From Patescibacteria group bacterium (GTDB lineage Bacteria > Patescibacteriota > Microgenomatia > Levybacterales > UBA12049), in NCBI GenBank assembly GCA_041743715.1, contig JBGTMH010000004.1, forward strand, positions 1,097-65,096: a stretch of DNA of 64,000 nt. The letters are read 5' to 3'. The notes under the pieces were generated by a model. It searched no databases and was not told the origin of the DNA. It saw only the letters and a list, made by a program, of their open reading frames with translations. The position numbers and the translations under genes were made by a program. The stretch's first letter is position 1, and each line of letters starts with the position of its first letter. This document shows, piece after piece, positions 1-8,781 of the stretch.

Positions 1-207
1 GAAAGTGTCTTAGGAACGCTCTCAGACCGCGAGAGAAGGGTCCTCAAAGAACGTTTCGGTCTTGATGATGGACGACCAAAGACACTTGAAGAAGTAGGAC
101 GAATGTTCCAAGTCACAAGAGAGCGTATCCGACAAATAGAAGCCAAAGCTTTGAGAAAACTCCGCCACCCGTCCAGGGGAAACAAGCTTAGAGATTATTT
201 GGTATAA
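1..207 (+). CDS. rpoD: RNA polymerase sigma-70 family factor, C-terminal fragment (region 4); 5' end lies outside the window
   Basis: Frame 1 reads ...[59 protein letters not shown], the region 4.2 helix-turn-helix of primary sigma factors. Stop TAA at 205-207. Absent from the ORF track because there is no start in the window. Confidence 0.8.
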   Translation, partial: ESVLGTLSDRERRVLKERFGLDDGRPKTLEEVGRMFQVTRERIRQIEAKALRKLRHPSRGNKLRDYLV

Positions 208-208
208 T
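200..208 (+). promoter_or_regulatory. Extended -10 box TGgTATAAT, 6 nt upstream of ATG 215 (candidate leaderless promoter)
   Basis: tggtataat at 200-208, spacer accgca, ATG at 215. No SD in between. The box overlaps the sigma gene stop codon. Confidence 0.4.
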
Positions 209-214
209 ACCGCA

Positions 215-682
215 ATGACTCATGAAGAGGAACGGTCTGTGCCTTCTTGGAATGAACTCATTGGGCCGTTTTATACAGCTTCAACAGTTGCCGAAAAATT
301 TGGAGAACAAGCTGATAGATTCATTGCACTTAAAACTTCAGATGGTCAAACAGTGTATCCTCAACGGCAGTTTATTACTAATACAGAAGATGGATCAATT
401 GCTCCTATAGATCCTCTTATAAGTCTATGGAATAGTCATATTGAGCCAGCTATTAAAAAGCGTTTTGTGGATGGATGGACCGCAGCTGGCTATCTCTTTG
501 CTCCTAGGACAAAATTGCTCCAGGGTAGATCTATAGCGGCAGTACTTTCGGCGAGAAATGTTACAGATGAAGCTGCAGCTGATATAACTGAGTATACGAG
601 ATGGATAGTAGAAAGATGGTCATTCCAACATCCAAGATGGACTCCCAAGCTGCTTCAACAAGGTTCAGCACCCACAAACTAA
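215..682 (+). CDS. hypothetical protein (155 aa)
   Basis: Clean ORF beginning 8 nt after the sigma gene stop. No motif recognised. Confidence 0.5.
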   Translation: MTHEEERSVPSWNELIGPFYTASTVAEKFGEQADRFIALKTSDGQTVYPQRQFITNTEDGSIAPIDPLISLWNSHIEPAIKKRFVDGWTAAGYLFAPRTKLLQGRSIAAVLSARNVTDEAAADITEYTRWIVERWSFQHPRWTPKLLQQGSAPTN

Positions 683-689
683 CTTCATA

Positions 690-2267
690 TTGAAATTATT
701 AATTACGTATGGTTATATAAATCGTAGAATGCCAAACCGAATTAATAACTTTTTCAAAAACTACTTATTGCTCATTATTGTCTTTATCACAGGCGCGGCT
801 GTCTTGGTGATAGAAGTAGCCGCGACACGTATCCTTTCAGTCTATTTCGGCAATACCATTTTTACTGTTTCCAGTGTCATCAGTGTCATACTCTTGGCAT
901 TAAGTCTTGGGTATTTTGTCGGGGGTCGGCTGGCTGATAAAAGGGCATCGGAGTATTTGTTTTTCCAGCTTATTGCGCTGAGTGGGTTAAGTGTTTTTTT
1001 ATTGCAACTTCTCAATAGCATCCTTATTCCATCAATAAGTGGTATGTTTTCGTTGCAGTACGGACCAATGGTTACCTCGCTCTTTTTGTTTCTCTTTCCC
1101 GGTTTTCTTCTCGGTATGCTTTCGCCTCTTGTCGCAACGCTACAAAAGGTGCGTTTGAAGACGCAGGGTATCGGACAGATAACCGGGGATGTGTTTTTTT
1201 GGTCGACGTTGGGAAGTATTGTGGGGAGTGTGGCAACTGGATTTTATCTTATTCCTACATTTGGAGTTAGTCAAATTATCCTTGGGGTTGGTATGACGCT
1301 TGTGGCAATTGGTCTTTGGGGTATGATTACTTCTGGGAAATTGATCGGCTCAAGGAAAAAAATTCTTATTTTTTTTATAGGGGTTTCTCTTATACAGATA
1401 CTTTTTGTCGTAATACTTGATACCTTGAAACAGAAAGACGTGGTGTATGCATCAGACGGTGTCTATGACAATATCCTCATTTTTGATCATGCGTATGAAG
1501 GAAAGCCAACCAGGTTTTTGCAGCAGGCGACTGATGCATCAAGCGCCATGTATTTGGATTCACCTGAGCTGGTCTACGACTATACAAAGTATTACAGCGT
1601 ATATAAACTTGTAAGTCTTGATATCAAAAATGCGTTGGTAATCGGTGGAGGCGCGTATTCTGTTCCGAAAGCACTTTTGACTGCGGACCCTGATGTTGTC
1701 GTTGATGTTGCTGAGATTGAACCTGATTTATTTACCGTCGGAAAGAAATACTTTCGGGTTCCAGATGATCAGCGTTTGGTGAATCACGTTGAAGATGGTC
1801 GTCGTTTTCTGCAGGATACAGATAAGAAGTATGACGTGCTTTTCATAGATGCATTCCATTTCTCAATTCCCGCGCATCTAACCACAAAGGAATTTTTTGC
1901 GCTGAGTCGGGAGAAATTATCGACTGAGGGAATGTGCATTGTGAATATTATTGGTAGCTTGTCTAACGAAAAACCCTCATTTTTGCTCTCAGAAATAAAG
2001 ACGTTCAAGTCTGTGTATCCAAACAGCTACTTTTTTGCCCTTTCTTCTCCTACCAAAACGTATCCACAGAACATCATAATGGTAGGATATAACTCAGAAA
2101 AGAAATTAGATCTGTCATCGCTTCAAACAGATGATATGTTTCTGGCATCAATTCCGGAGCACCTTATTCGTGTTGAAGATTATCTTTTGGAAGAGCATCC
2201 GGTATTTACTGATGACTACGCACCTGCTGAATACTTCATTATCCACGATCGGTTACTGAAGAAGTGA
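690..2267 (+). CDS. Polytopic membrane protein fused to a spermidine-synthase-like (class I methyltransferase fold) domain
   Basis: The N-terminal ~230 aa are hydrophobic with several TM helices. The C-terminal part has VIGGGAYSVP...DVAEIEPDL...RFLQDTDKKYDVLFIDAF, typical of spermine/spermidine synthase family proteins. The first ATG is at 729, so the true start may be there. Confidence 0.65.
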   Translation: MKLLITYGYINRRMPNRINNFFKNYLLLIIVFITGAAVLVIEVAATRILSVYFGNTIFTVSSVISVILLALSLGYFVGGRLADKRASEYLFFQLIALSGLSVFLLQLLNSILIPSISGMFSLQYGPMVTSLFLFLFPGFLLGMLSPLVATLQKVRLKTQGIGQITGDVFFWSTLGSIVGSVATGFYLIPTFGVSQIILGVGMTLVAIGLWGMITSGKLIGSRKKILIFFIGVSLIQILFVVILDTLKQKDVVYASDGVYDNILIFDHAYEGKPTRFLQQATDASSAMYLDSPELVYDYTKYYSVYKLVSLDIKNALVIGGGAYSVPKALLTADPDVVVDVAEIEPDLFTVGKKYFRVPDDQRLVNHVEDGRRFLQDTDKKYDVLFIDAFHFSIPAHLTTKEFFALSREKLSTEGMCIVNIIGSLSNEKPSFLLSEIKTFKSVYPNSYFFALSSPTKTYPQNIIMVGYNSEKKLDLSSLQTDDMFLASIPEHLIRVEDYLLEEHPVFTDDYAPAEYFIIHDRLLKK

Positions 2268-2292
2268 GAAGGAGTACACGAACTCTCTAAAG

Positions 2293-2730
2293 TTAATCTT
2301 TATATTCCATCTTCACATGAGGAATGCCGAGACTATACAGATCATATTCTTCAGAAACTGTTTGGAATCCTAGCTTTTTGTAAAAATCTTGCGCATAGCT
2401 TTGTGCTTCCATCCAAATCTTTTTCGGATTTTTCTTTTTTGCTTGAGTAAGTATATGCTTTGTTAATCCTTCACCAATACCTTTTCTTCTATATGCTTTC
2501 TCAACGACCATGTTTTCGATTTTGATGGCATCCTTGGGTTCTTCCCGCAGTCTTGCATAGGCGACAATTTTGCCATCTACTACCGCAATAAAGTGATCTG
2601 AGGTTTTATCCAGTTCTTCAGGGTCCCAGCCAGGCGGGCATTTTTGTTCAAGAATAAATACATCTACCCGGATCCGTATCGCATCAATAAATTCGTTAAT
2701 TGTTTCAACCCTTTTATAAGTGACTTTCAT
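2293..2730 (-). CDS. GNAT family N-acetyltransferase
   Basis: 145 aa with the acetyl-CoA motif VVEKAYRRKGIGEGL and a GNAT-type C-terminus (FYKKLGF). Confidence 0.8.
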   Translation of the reverse strand: MKVTYKRVETINEFIDAIRIRVDVFILEQKCPPGWDPEELDKTSDHFIAVVDGKIVAYARLREEPKDAIKIENMVVEKAYRRKGIGEGLTKHILTQAKKKNPKKIWMEAQSYAQDFYKKLGFQTVSEEYDLYSLGIPHVKMEYKD

Positions 2731-2752
2731 TTAGAGTATATTTTAACAGAAA

Positions 2753-3250
2753 TTATTGAGACGTAAGTGGTTTTTTAAGATTTCGTTTTATAAATTCCCG
2801 CCCAATAAGTACAGGAATGGCTATAAATGCGATTGTGAACCATATGATGTTTGCTTGGTAGAAGTCTTTGAAGTATGTGAGCGCCAAAAAAAAGAGGGAG
2901 GCACTTACAGTCGCAATCAAGCTCCCACCTAAGCCATTTATGTACCAAAAGAGATTTGATTTTCCCCGGAATCCTTTCAATATACCCCGTTCAGCAAGCG
3001 TGCCGATTATTGCAAAGATAAGTCCAACGAAGGTAACCATTTGAAAGACAGATGGGTAGGTCGGATGACGATAGATGCCTATGACAATACCTGATATCCC
3101 GACAAATAATAAGGTCGAAAAAAAAGTTCTCACAATCACACTCTGCCAAAACGATCTTTTTTCTTTAGGAAATACAGCAGCCATGATGCCAAAGAGAAGC
3201 AGTACAAAACCTATGGCAGTATGAAGGGAAATGAATGATTCCATAAACAT
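2753..3250 (-). CDS. integral membrane protein, unknown function
   Basis: 165 aa with about 5 hydrophobic helices. Confidence 0.5.
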   Translation of the reverse strand: MFMESFISLHTAIGFVLLLFGIMAAVFPKEKRSFWQSVIVRTFFSTLLFVGISGIVIGIYRHPTYPSVFQMVTFVGLIFAIIGTLAERGILKGFRGKSNLFWYINGLGGSLIATVSASLFFLALTYFKDFYQANIIWFTIAFIAIPVLIGREFIKRNLKKPLTSQ

Positions 3251-3396
3251 AGTATACAGGAATCAAATTCACGGGTAGATTTGAATTATGGTTCATGGTA
3301 AAATACCTGATACAGATATTCCGCATGGTTTTCCAATTGGTTAATCAATTTTATCTGTAGATTCCGCGATAGCTCAGCGGTAGAGCAGGAAGCTGT

Positions 3397-3949
3397 AGCA
3401 CTTTTTATATAATTTGGTTATACTTTATGGTATGCCAGATAAGAGAACGTATACCGATCGCCGTGAGTATTTAATAATGGCTGTAGCTCGAAGAAGGAAA
3501 CGACTAAGAGCACGAGCAGTTGAATACAAAGGTGGTAAGTGTATTGTGTGTGGATACTGTCGTTGCCAAGCAGCGCTAGATTTCCACCATTTGGATCCAA
3601 CTCAGAAAGAGTTTGGTATCTCAATGGATGGGATAACGCGATCTTGGGAGCGAGTCCAGAACGAGTTAGACAAATGTGTTCTTGTCTGCTCCAATTGCCA
3701 CAGAGAAATACACGCAGGTATATTGCAGCCCTCTGGAGTAATCCAGGGAGGAAAAAATGGGGTGAACTCAGGGAAGCCGTATAAGGTAATCCTGAGCCAA
3801 GCTTAGCGAAAGACATAAGAGTAGCTAGGAAGGTGCAGAGACTAAGAGTGAGGAGTCAAACCAATAAGCTCTAAATAGCGCCCCACATCCTATTCATTTA
3901 TGAAGGATGATGAGATAGTCCACACTTCTGGAAACAGAAGATAAAAGTG
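3397..3949 (+). mobile_element. Group I intron (IC3-like) in the tRNA anticodon loop, carrying a homing-endonuclease ORF
   Basis: U (3396) precedes the 5' splice site and G (3949) ends the intron. gagccaagctt (3794-3804) and gaaggtgcagagacta (3829-3844) closely match the P5/P6 and J6/7-P7 core strings I recall from the Azoarcus tRNA-Ile and Anabaena tRNA-Leu introns. There is a GAAA-capped hairpin cttctg-gaaa-cagaag at 3925-3940. Exact junctions are inferred from the tRNA reconstruction. Confidence 0.75.
3432..3806 (+). CDS. HNH homing endonuclease (intron-encoded)
   Basis: MPDKRTYTDRREYLIMAVARRRKRL...GGKCIVCGY...LDFHHLDP...VLVCSNCHREIH: an HNH nuclease motif with two Cys pairs. The track ORF starts at TTG 3414; the first ATG is at 3432. 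The 3' end of the ORF runs into the conserved intron core. Confidence 0.8.
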   Translation: MPDKRTYTDRREYLIMAVARRRKRLRARAVEYKGGKCIVCGYCRCQAALDFHHLDPTQKEFGISMDGITRSWERVQNELDKCVLVCSNCHREIHAGILQPSGVIQGGKNGVNSGKPYKVILSQA

Positions 3950-4106
3950 TAACTTCAAGGTCCGAGGTTCGAATCCTCGTCGCGGAGCTGCAAAAAGAAG
4001 TCGGGATCTTATTCCGCTATTCTTTCAAAGAAATGTGTATTGCGATTGATTTTGGTAAGTGGCATAATATAGTGAAATAGTTATTAGGAAAGGTGGTGAA
4101 TAAATT

Positions 4107-4487
4107 ATGGCAAAATATGTAGATGGGTTTGTGCTTGTAGTTCCAAAAGACAAAGCTGAGGAATATAAAAAAATGGCAGAAGATGGTCGCGATGTATGGA
4201 TGAAGCATGGCGCGCTTGAATACTATGAATGCCGTGGTGACGACCTTGTTCCACAGGAAATGGGCGGTGAAAAAGCTCGCGCATTTACTGAAATGGCTGG
4301 AGCAAAAAGTGATGAGACGGTTTGGTTTTCTTATATAGTCTTTAAATCCAAAGAACATCGAGATGAGGTCAATGCTAAAGTGATTGAAGAAATGAACAAG
4401 CAGATGGAAGGAAACAAAGATATGTCCATGCCTTTTGACATGAAGCGAATGGCTTACGGTGGTTTTAAAGTTGAAGTAGAAGGGTAG
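4107..4487 (+). CDS. DUF1428 family protein
   Basis: MAKYVDGFVLVVPKDKAEEYKKMAEDGRDVWMKHGALEYYECRGDD is the characteristic DUF1428 N-terminus. SD aaggtggtg lies upstream. Confidence 0.75.
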   Translation: MAKYVDGFVLVVPKDKAEEYKKMAEDGRDVWMKHGALEYYECRGDDLVPQEMGGEKARAFTEMAGAKSDETVWFSYIVFKSKEHRDEVNAKVIEEMNKQMEGNKDMSMPFDMKRMAYGGFKVEVEG

Positions 4488-4614
4488 AAAGCCTAATTGA
4501 AAACAAAAATCTAAAATATAGATTTAATCGTTCCAGCCAGCGAACATTTCTACGGTTTTCTATGGATTTCTTCGGGATTTCAAATCTCTGTTTTTCCGTT
4601 ATACTTATAAGTAC

Positions 4615-5415
4615 ATGCAAAAAGTAATTTCAAAAGACGGCACGAAAATAGCATATGATAAGCAGGGACAAGGTCTGGTTGTTATTTTAGTTGGGGGAGG
4701 GCTTGTTGACCATACGGAAAATTCGCCCCTTTTTTCAGAATTGGTAGAACATTTCACTGTATTTAATTACGATCGTCGCGGCCGAGGGCAGAGCGGTGAT
4801 ACGCTACCATACGCTGTGAAGCGTGAAATTGAGGATATTGATGCGCTCATAAAGGAAGCTGGTGGATCGGCGTATCTTTACGGAGTTTCCTCCGGCGGCG
4901 CGCTGGTGCTGGAAGCTGCCGCTGCAGGCCTTGCCGTTGAAAAACTGGCAGTTTACGAAACGCCGTATAACATTGGCCCTGAAGCGTCCAAGCGCTGGCA
5001 AGAATATGTTACGAAGGTTAATACAGCTATTGCCGAGAACCGGCGGAGTGACGCTCTTGAGCTTTTTATGCGTCTTGTCGGATCTACCGATGAGCAAATT
5101 AAGGGCGCAAAGCAATCGCCATTCTGGCCGATCGGGGAAAAATTGGCGCATACACTTACCTACGACGCCTCGATTCTGGGAGACGACCGCCCTCCAGCCC
5201 ACTTATCAAAAATCAAACAGCCCACTTTAGTTGCCACAGGAGATGCAGTGGATCCTAATATGACAGGGATACAATCAAACTTTTTTGATCTATCAGCCCA
5301 GGCGATCATTAAAATTATTCCGCACGCCCAGCGCAAAACTCTTAAAGGCCAGACGCACGTTGCTGATCATAAGGTCATAGCTTCAATGCTATCAGAGTTT
5401 TTTAAAGCCAAATAG
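4615..5415 (+). CDS. alpha/beta hydrolase
   Basis: 266 aa with nucleophile elbow GVSSGG and a C-terminal His (GQTHV). Confidence 0.75.
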   Translation: MQKVISKDGTKIAYDKQGQGLVVILVGGGLVDHTENSPLFSELVEHFTVFNYDRRGRGQSGDTLPYAVKREIEDIDALIKEAGGSAYLYGVSSGGALVLEAAAAGLAVEKLAVYETPYNIGPEASKRWQEYVTKVNTAIAENRRSDALELFMRLVGSTDEQIKGAKQSPFWPIGEKLAHTLTYDASILGDDRPPAHLSKIKQPTLVATGDAVDPNMTGIQSNFFDLSAQAIIKIIPHAQRKTLKGQTHVADHKVIASMLSEFFKAK

Positions 5416-5577
5416 GAGTTTTAGGCCTTGGAAGGCATAGGATTAAACTGCAACTTCTTTATCTCCAACCATCTTTGTTTTAGTTCACCGATATATCTAA
5501 TATCCTGAAAAGCGTATATTATAGCCTCAAAGTCTAGGGTTATATTAGTCCAAGGCTCAGGGAGCAAGGCACAAAAA

Positions 5578-5599
5578 AGATCCGAAAGGGTCTTTTTTT
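5578..5599 (+). terminator. Rho-independent terminator (A-tract, hairpin, T-tract; possibly bidirectional)
   Basis: aaaaaAGATCCgaaaGGGTCTttttttt: a GAAA-loop hairpin followed by a T run. Confidence 0.6.
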
Positions 5600-5603
5600 A
5601 TAG

Positions 5604-5640
5604 AAAAGAAAGGGTGCAAAGCTGAACCACCTGGTAGGAA
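5604..5640 (+). repeat. 37-bp direct repeat, copy 1 (partner at 9713-9750)
   Basis: aaaagaaagGGTGCAAAGCTGAACcACCtGGtaGG versus aaaagaaaaGGTGCAAAGCTGAACtACCcGGagGG at 9713-9750; about 33 of 38 positions are identical. Confidence 0.6.
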
Positions 5641-5662
5641 ATGTTATAATTTAAGATAAGGT

Positions 5663-6403
5663 ATGTACAATCCAATCCAAGATGGCATAGAAAAAACGGT
5701 ACAATCAGTGCGATATACAGAGGCGAAGCCGTCGAGTAATTTGTCCGAATTGGTACATTGTTTTTGGGAACTCAAAACAGATACCGCGCTACCAGTGGAT
5801 TTTCGTCTTCATGTTTTGCCCGATGCCTGCGTGAATATTTTATTCAACCAAGCAGACACGAATATAGCGGGGATTACGGCACTGCGCACCACTTTCGAGG
5901 TGCTTAATCTGGGCAAGACATTTCACTATGTCGGTATTCAGTTTTTGCCCGGTGTGTGGCAAGGTAATCGAGATGAGATTGTCGATAGCTTTGTCGGTAC
6001 ACCATACCTAGGTAATTTGCCGCTGATTGAAACAAGCAACGAACTTGCCAAATTGGACTTCTTCGCCAAACAGTCAGTCATGTCAGAGCTGGTACAACGG
6101 CTTATCGACGAGAAGTTGGTAGTGGCTAACGCTGTAACAGCAAAAATACTGTCACATATTGATGATGTTCATACCGTGGCTGACATGGCTGCCATTACCG
6201 GTATGTCGCCTCGCCAACTACAACGAACACTCAAGCGAACGACGGGATTTTCTCCACACAACCTTCTCAAAGTAGTACGTCTGCAACAGTCATTCAGACA
6301 GCATTATCTGGCATCTTACGCCGACCAGTCGCACTTTATCCATTCGTTTCGCAAAATCACAGGCTACACGCCCGCAAGATACGCCAACAAGTTTGATGTC
6401 TGA
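5663..6403 (+). CDS. AraC family transcriptional regulator
   Basis: C-terminal double HTH: VADMAAITGMSPRQLQRTLKRTTGFSP...YADQSHFIHSFRKITGYTPARY. Confidence 0.8.
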   Translation: MYNPIQDGIEKTVQSVRYTEAKPSSNLSELVHCFWELKTDTALPVDFRLHVLPDACVNILFNQADTNIAGITALRTTFEVLNLGKTFHYVGIQFLPGVWQGNRDEIVDSFVGTPYLGNLPLIETSNELAKLDFFAKQSVMSELVQRLIDEKLVVANAVTAKILSHIDDVHTVADMAAITGMSPRQLQRTLKRTTGFSPHNLLKVVRLQQSFRQHYLASYADQSHFIHSFRKITGYTPARYANKFDV

Positions 6404-6476
6404 TTTATACAATACAAACTGTATACGACTGGCTATACTAAATGAGGATTTACAAAGTAAAAGGAGGTGATTATTT

Positions 6477-6866
6477 ATGGCAAAAACTAATGCAATTGGA
6501 TGGTTTGACATCTATGTAAACGATATGGAACGGGCTGTTGCGTTTTATCAAGCTGTACTTAAGCAAAAACTTGAAAAAATGGGCGACCCGACGGGTGCTT
6601 CGCAGATGATGAGCTTTCCGATGGACGACAAATCTATGTCGAAGTACGGTGCTTTAGGCGCATTAGTAAAGATGAAAGGTTCTAGTCCGGGCGTAGGTGG
6701 TACATTAGTGTACTTCAATTCAGAAGACTGCTCTGTCGAAGAATCACGAGTTGTTGCAGCTGGAGGTAAGATAATTAGGCCAAAGTTCTCAATTGGAGAA
6801 TTCGGCTGGGTGACTCTGTGTGAAGACACTGAGGGCAATATGTTTGGCCTCAACTCAATGAAATAG
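6477..6866 (+). CDS. VOC (glyoxalase/bleomycin-resistance) family protein
   Basis: IGWFDIYVNDMERAVAFYQAVL...GWVTLCEDTEGNMFGL. SD aaggaggtg lies 6 nt upstream. Confidence 0.8.
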   Translation: MAKTNAIGWFDIYVNDMERAVAFYQAVLKQKLEKMGDPTGASQMMSFPMDDKSMSKYGALGALVKMKGSSPGVGGTLVYFNSEDCSVEESRVVAAGGKIIRPKFSIGEFGWVTLCEDTEGNMFGLNSMK

Positions 6867-6893
6867 CCATTACTTTATAGTAAGTTAGTTAAC

Positions 6894-6925
6894 GCTATAT
6901 CTGGTGTATACACGCCAGATATAGC
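6894..6925 (+). terminator. Hairpin downstream of the VOC gene (probable terminator)
   Basis: gctatatctgg-tgtatacacg-ccagatatagc: an 11-bp perfect stem followed by atagttttta. Confidence 0.45.
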
Positions 6926-7062
6926 ATAGTTTTTATAAATAGTCATGACGAAGTTTGAGGATACATCACTGTTTAATATGCAGTCCTTGCTAGCCCTTAG
7001 CACTAAGCTTATCTAGTAGAGGAAGATACGCTTTTTCAGTCTCTAGAAAATGCGTTCGAAGT

Positions 7063-7731
7063 GTGCTAACCTGGGGGAGCAAAATTTCTTATTTAAATTA
7101 TAACGTGGAAAATGTTCTCCTCATTGGTTCAATCTTAGCCATCCATATCCTTGCTTGGTTTACTCCTGGTCCTCAACTTGTCCTCATAATCCGTAACGCT
7201 GTCATTTATTCTCGAAGAATAGGATTTTTTACTGCAATTGGTTTTGCCTTGGGAAATTTTATTCACATTGTGCTTTCAGTTGTTGGTATAGGACTTATCA
7301 TCGCTGCGACACCTCTTGCCGCAACGCTCGTCAAACTACTTGGGGTTGGCTATCTCACGTATCTAGGAATTAAAACGTTTTTGATGAAGATCAACACGAA
7401 CACCCTCAATCCCCATGGAAAACATACGCATATTGCATCACTATCTGCAATGAAGATGGGACTGGTAACAAACCTCCTCAGTCCGCAAGCACCACTCTTT
7501 TTTGCAAGTATTTTTGGTTCGTTGCTTGCTTCTGGCGCACCTATGTGGGTAGTCATATTTTTAATGATTGCTATGCCCTTAAATACACTACTTATGACAT
7601 CTCTTTGGTCGCTCTTTTTTACACAACAAACTGTTCGAAGGTGGTACGTAAAATTTGAACCTGTAATTAATAAAGCTCTCGGTGTAGCATTACTTATACT
7701 GGCAATAACCATTGCATTGTCAAAGAGGTAA
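7063..7731 (+). CDS. LysE family amino-acid/metabolite exporter
   Basis: TPGPQ motif near the N-terminus and about 6 TM helices. The start is uncertain (track start is non-ATG). Confidence 0.7.
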   Translation: MLTWGSKISYLNYNVENVLLIGSILAIHILAWFTPGPQLVLIIRNAVIYSRRIGFFTAIGFALGNFIHIVLSVVGIGLIIAATPLAATLVKLLGVGYLTYLGIKTFLMKINTNTLNPHGKHTHIASLSAMKMGLVTNLLSPQAPLFFASIFGSLLASGAPMWVVIFLMIAMPLNTLLMTSLWSLFFTQQTVRRWYVKFEPVINKALGVALLILAITIALSKR

Positions 7732-7749
7732 CGTGGAGATTATTACATA

Positions 7750-8523
7750 ATGATACAAAATAATTTTACTTTGCTTCAAAAGTATTTGGCCCTTCAGACC
7801 AATGTCACGTTGGATCAAGTGATTGAAATGGGTTATGCAAAAATTGGTTATAGCAGCATAGAAACATCAACGTATGAAAATTTTGCATTAACCAACAAAC
7901 TACTTTCAGAAGAGGAACTGTTGCAAATGGAACAAACCTTCCGAAAGCGTAACCGTAAGTCTGCAGTTTATTTTGAAAATAAGCAAGCGTTACAACAATT
8001 AGCGGAACTATTCATAAAAAATGGCTATAAGAGAGATCGTGAAGACTCTTGGATGTTTCATGATGGAAACAATATCCATGTTGATTCTGTCAAAAAGGTA
8101 GTAACAGAAGATGAGCTTGCTGTTTTTTTAAAGACTTTTGATGAGAGCTTTCAAAAAGACGATCCTCAAAATGCCATTGGAGTGTTAGGAGACTATTTAA
8201 AAATTACTCAGTTAGCCTGGCAGAAGCATCATGCAACAAATAGGCTTGAGTATTTTATTGCCTTCAAGGGAGGTAAACCTGTCGCAACATCGACATTGAA
8301 TAACTTCGATGGTATCGGCTTTATCTCCAATGTTGGTTCGTTAAGACAGGTAAGAGGAGAAGGGTATGGGAAGAGAGTTACGCTTCACGCAGTAAATACT
8401 TCTGTAAAGAATGGAAATGTTTTCCATTGTTTAACGACAGTGGAACGAACGTATCCGAATGAGTTTTATAAAAGAATAGGTTTCCAAACTAAATTTACTG
8501 CAGTCTGTTATGCATCTCAATAG
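7750..8523 (+). CDS. GNAT-like acetyltransferase domain protein
   Basis: The C-terminal half has VRGEGYGKRVTLHAV...FYKRIGF (acetyl-CoA binding motif). Confidence 0.55.
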   Translation: MIQNNFTLLQKYLALQTNVTLDQVIEMGYAKIGYSSIETSTYENFALTNKLLSEEELLQMEQTFRKRNRKSAVYFENKQALQQLAELFIKNGYKRDREDSWMFHDGNNIHVDSVKKVVTEDELAVFLKTFDESFQKDDPQNAIGVLGDYLKITQLAWQKHHATNRLEYFIAFKGGKPVATSTLNNFDGIGFISNVGSLRQVRGEGYGKRVTLHAVNTSVKNGNVFHCLTTVERTYPNEFYKRIGFQTKFTAVCYASQ

Positions 8524-8781
8524 AGATTGCTAGGGGTTTATTCATTTTGCTACATTTTTTAATTTCCTCCCACCTTTGCCGCATTTCGCCAATATAGCTT
8601 AAATTTTGGAAACCTTGGATAATCGTGTCAAATTGAGCTTGATTTGCCAGTATAGTAATGTTAGGATAGGGGAGCATGAAAAATGTTAATTTTTCAGAAG
8701 TGTTACAAAGACTAGCCCAGCAAACCCCTGAGCAAAAATTACGGATTGCATTTAACCTTTGGCAGTTTGTAAACGATCTTC

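Larger units (their letters stand above)
3363..3987 (+). tRNA. tRNA-Asn(GUU), interrupted between positions 35 and 36 by a group I intron (exons 3363-3396 and 3950-3987)
   Basis: The joined exons give a 72-nt cloverleaf. Acceptor is tccgcga/tcgcgga; D arm gctc-agcggta-gagc; anticodon arm ggaag-CUGUUAA-cttca (one G-A mismatch at 27-43); variable loop aggtc; T arm cgagg-ttcgaat-cctcg; discriminator G. U1-A72 with G73 and the UCCGC...GCGGAG ends match bacterial tRNA-Asn as I recall it (e.g. B. subtilis). CCA is not encoded. Confidence 0.8.

Noticed and set aside
3418-3816. A 132-aa minus-strand ORF and an 81-aa plus-strand ORF (3539-3784) overlapping the HNH gene.
   Set aside because: The HNH frame has unmistakable catalytic motifs. 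The overlapping frames have no motifs and lie inside an intron.
3395-3949. Alternative intron junction after U33, giving anticodon loop CU-UGUAA (tRNA-Thr UGU). It is supported by a possible 4-bp P1 pairing of exon AGCU with intron GGUU (~3416-3419).
   Set aside because: The exon body (U1-A72, G73, UCCGC...GCGGAG ends, 7-nt D loop) matches bacterial tRNA-Asn rather than tRNA-Thr (G1-C72). The Asn junction also has U before the 5' splice site and G before the 3' splice site. It is kept as a caveat because I could not identify a convincing P1 for the Asn junction by eye.
4017-4358. A 113-aa minus-strand ORF overlapping DUF1428.
   Set aside because: Its translation is hydrophobic and low-complexity and is antisense to a well-supported SD-led gene. 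Its start would lie within the coding region of the DUF1428 gene (4107-4487).
8495-8677. A 60-aa minus-strand ORF between the GNAT-like gene and the nucleotidyltransferase. It was considered as a possible partner (HEPN-like) of the NTase.
   Set aside because: It has no Rx4-6H motif, no recognisable start signals, and overlaps the GNAT-like gene's 3' end. This is insufficient support.
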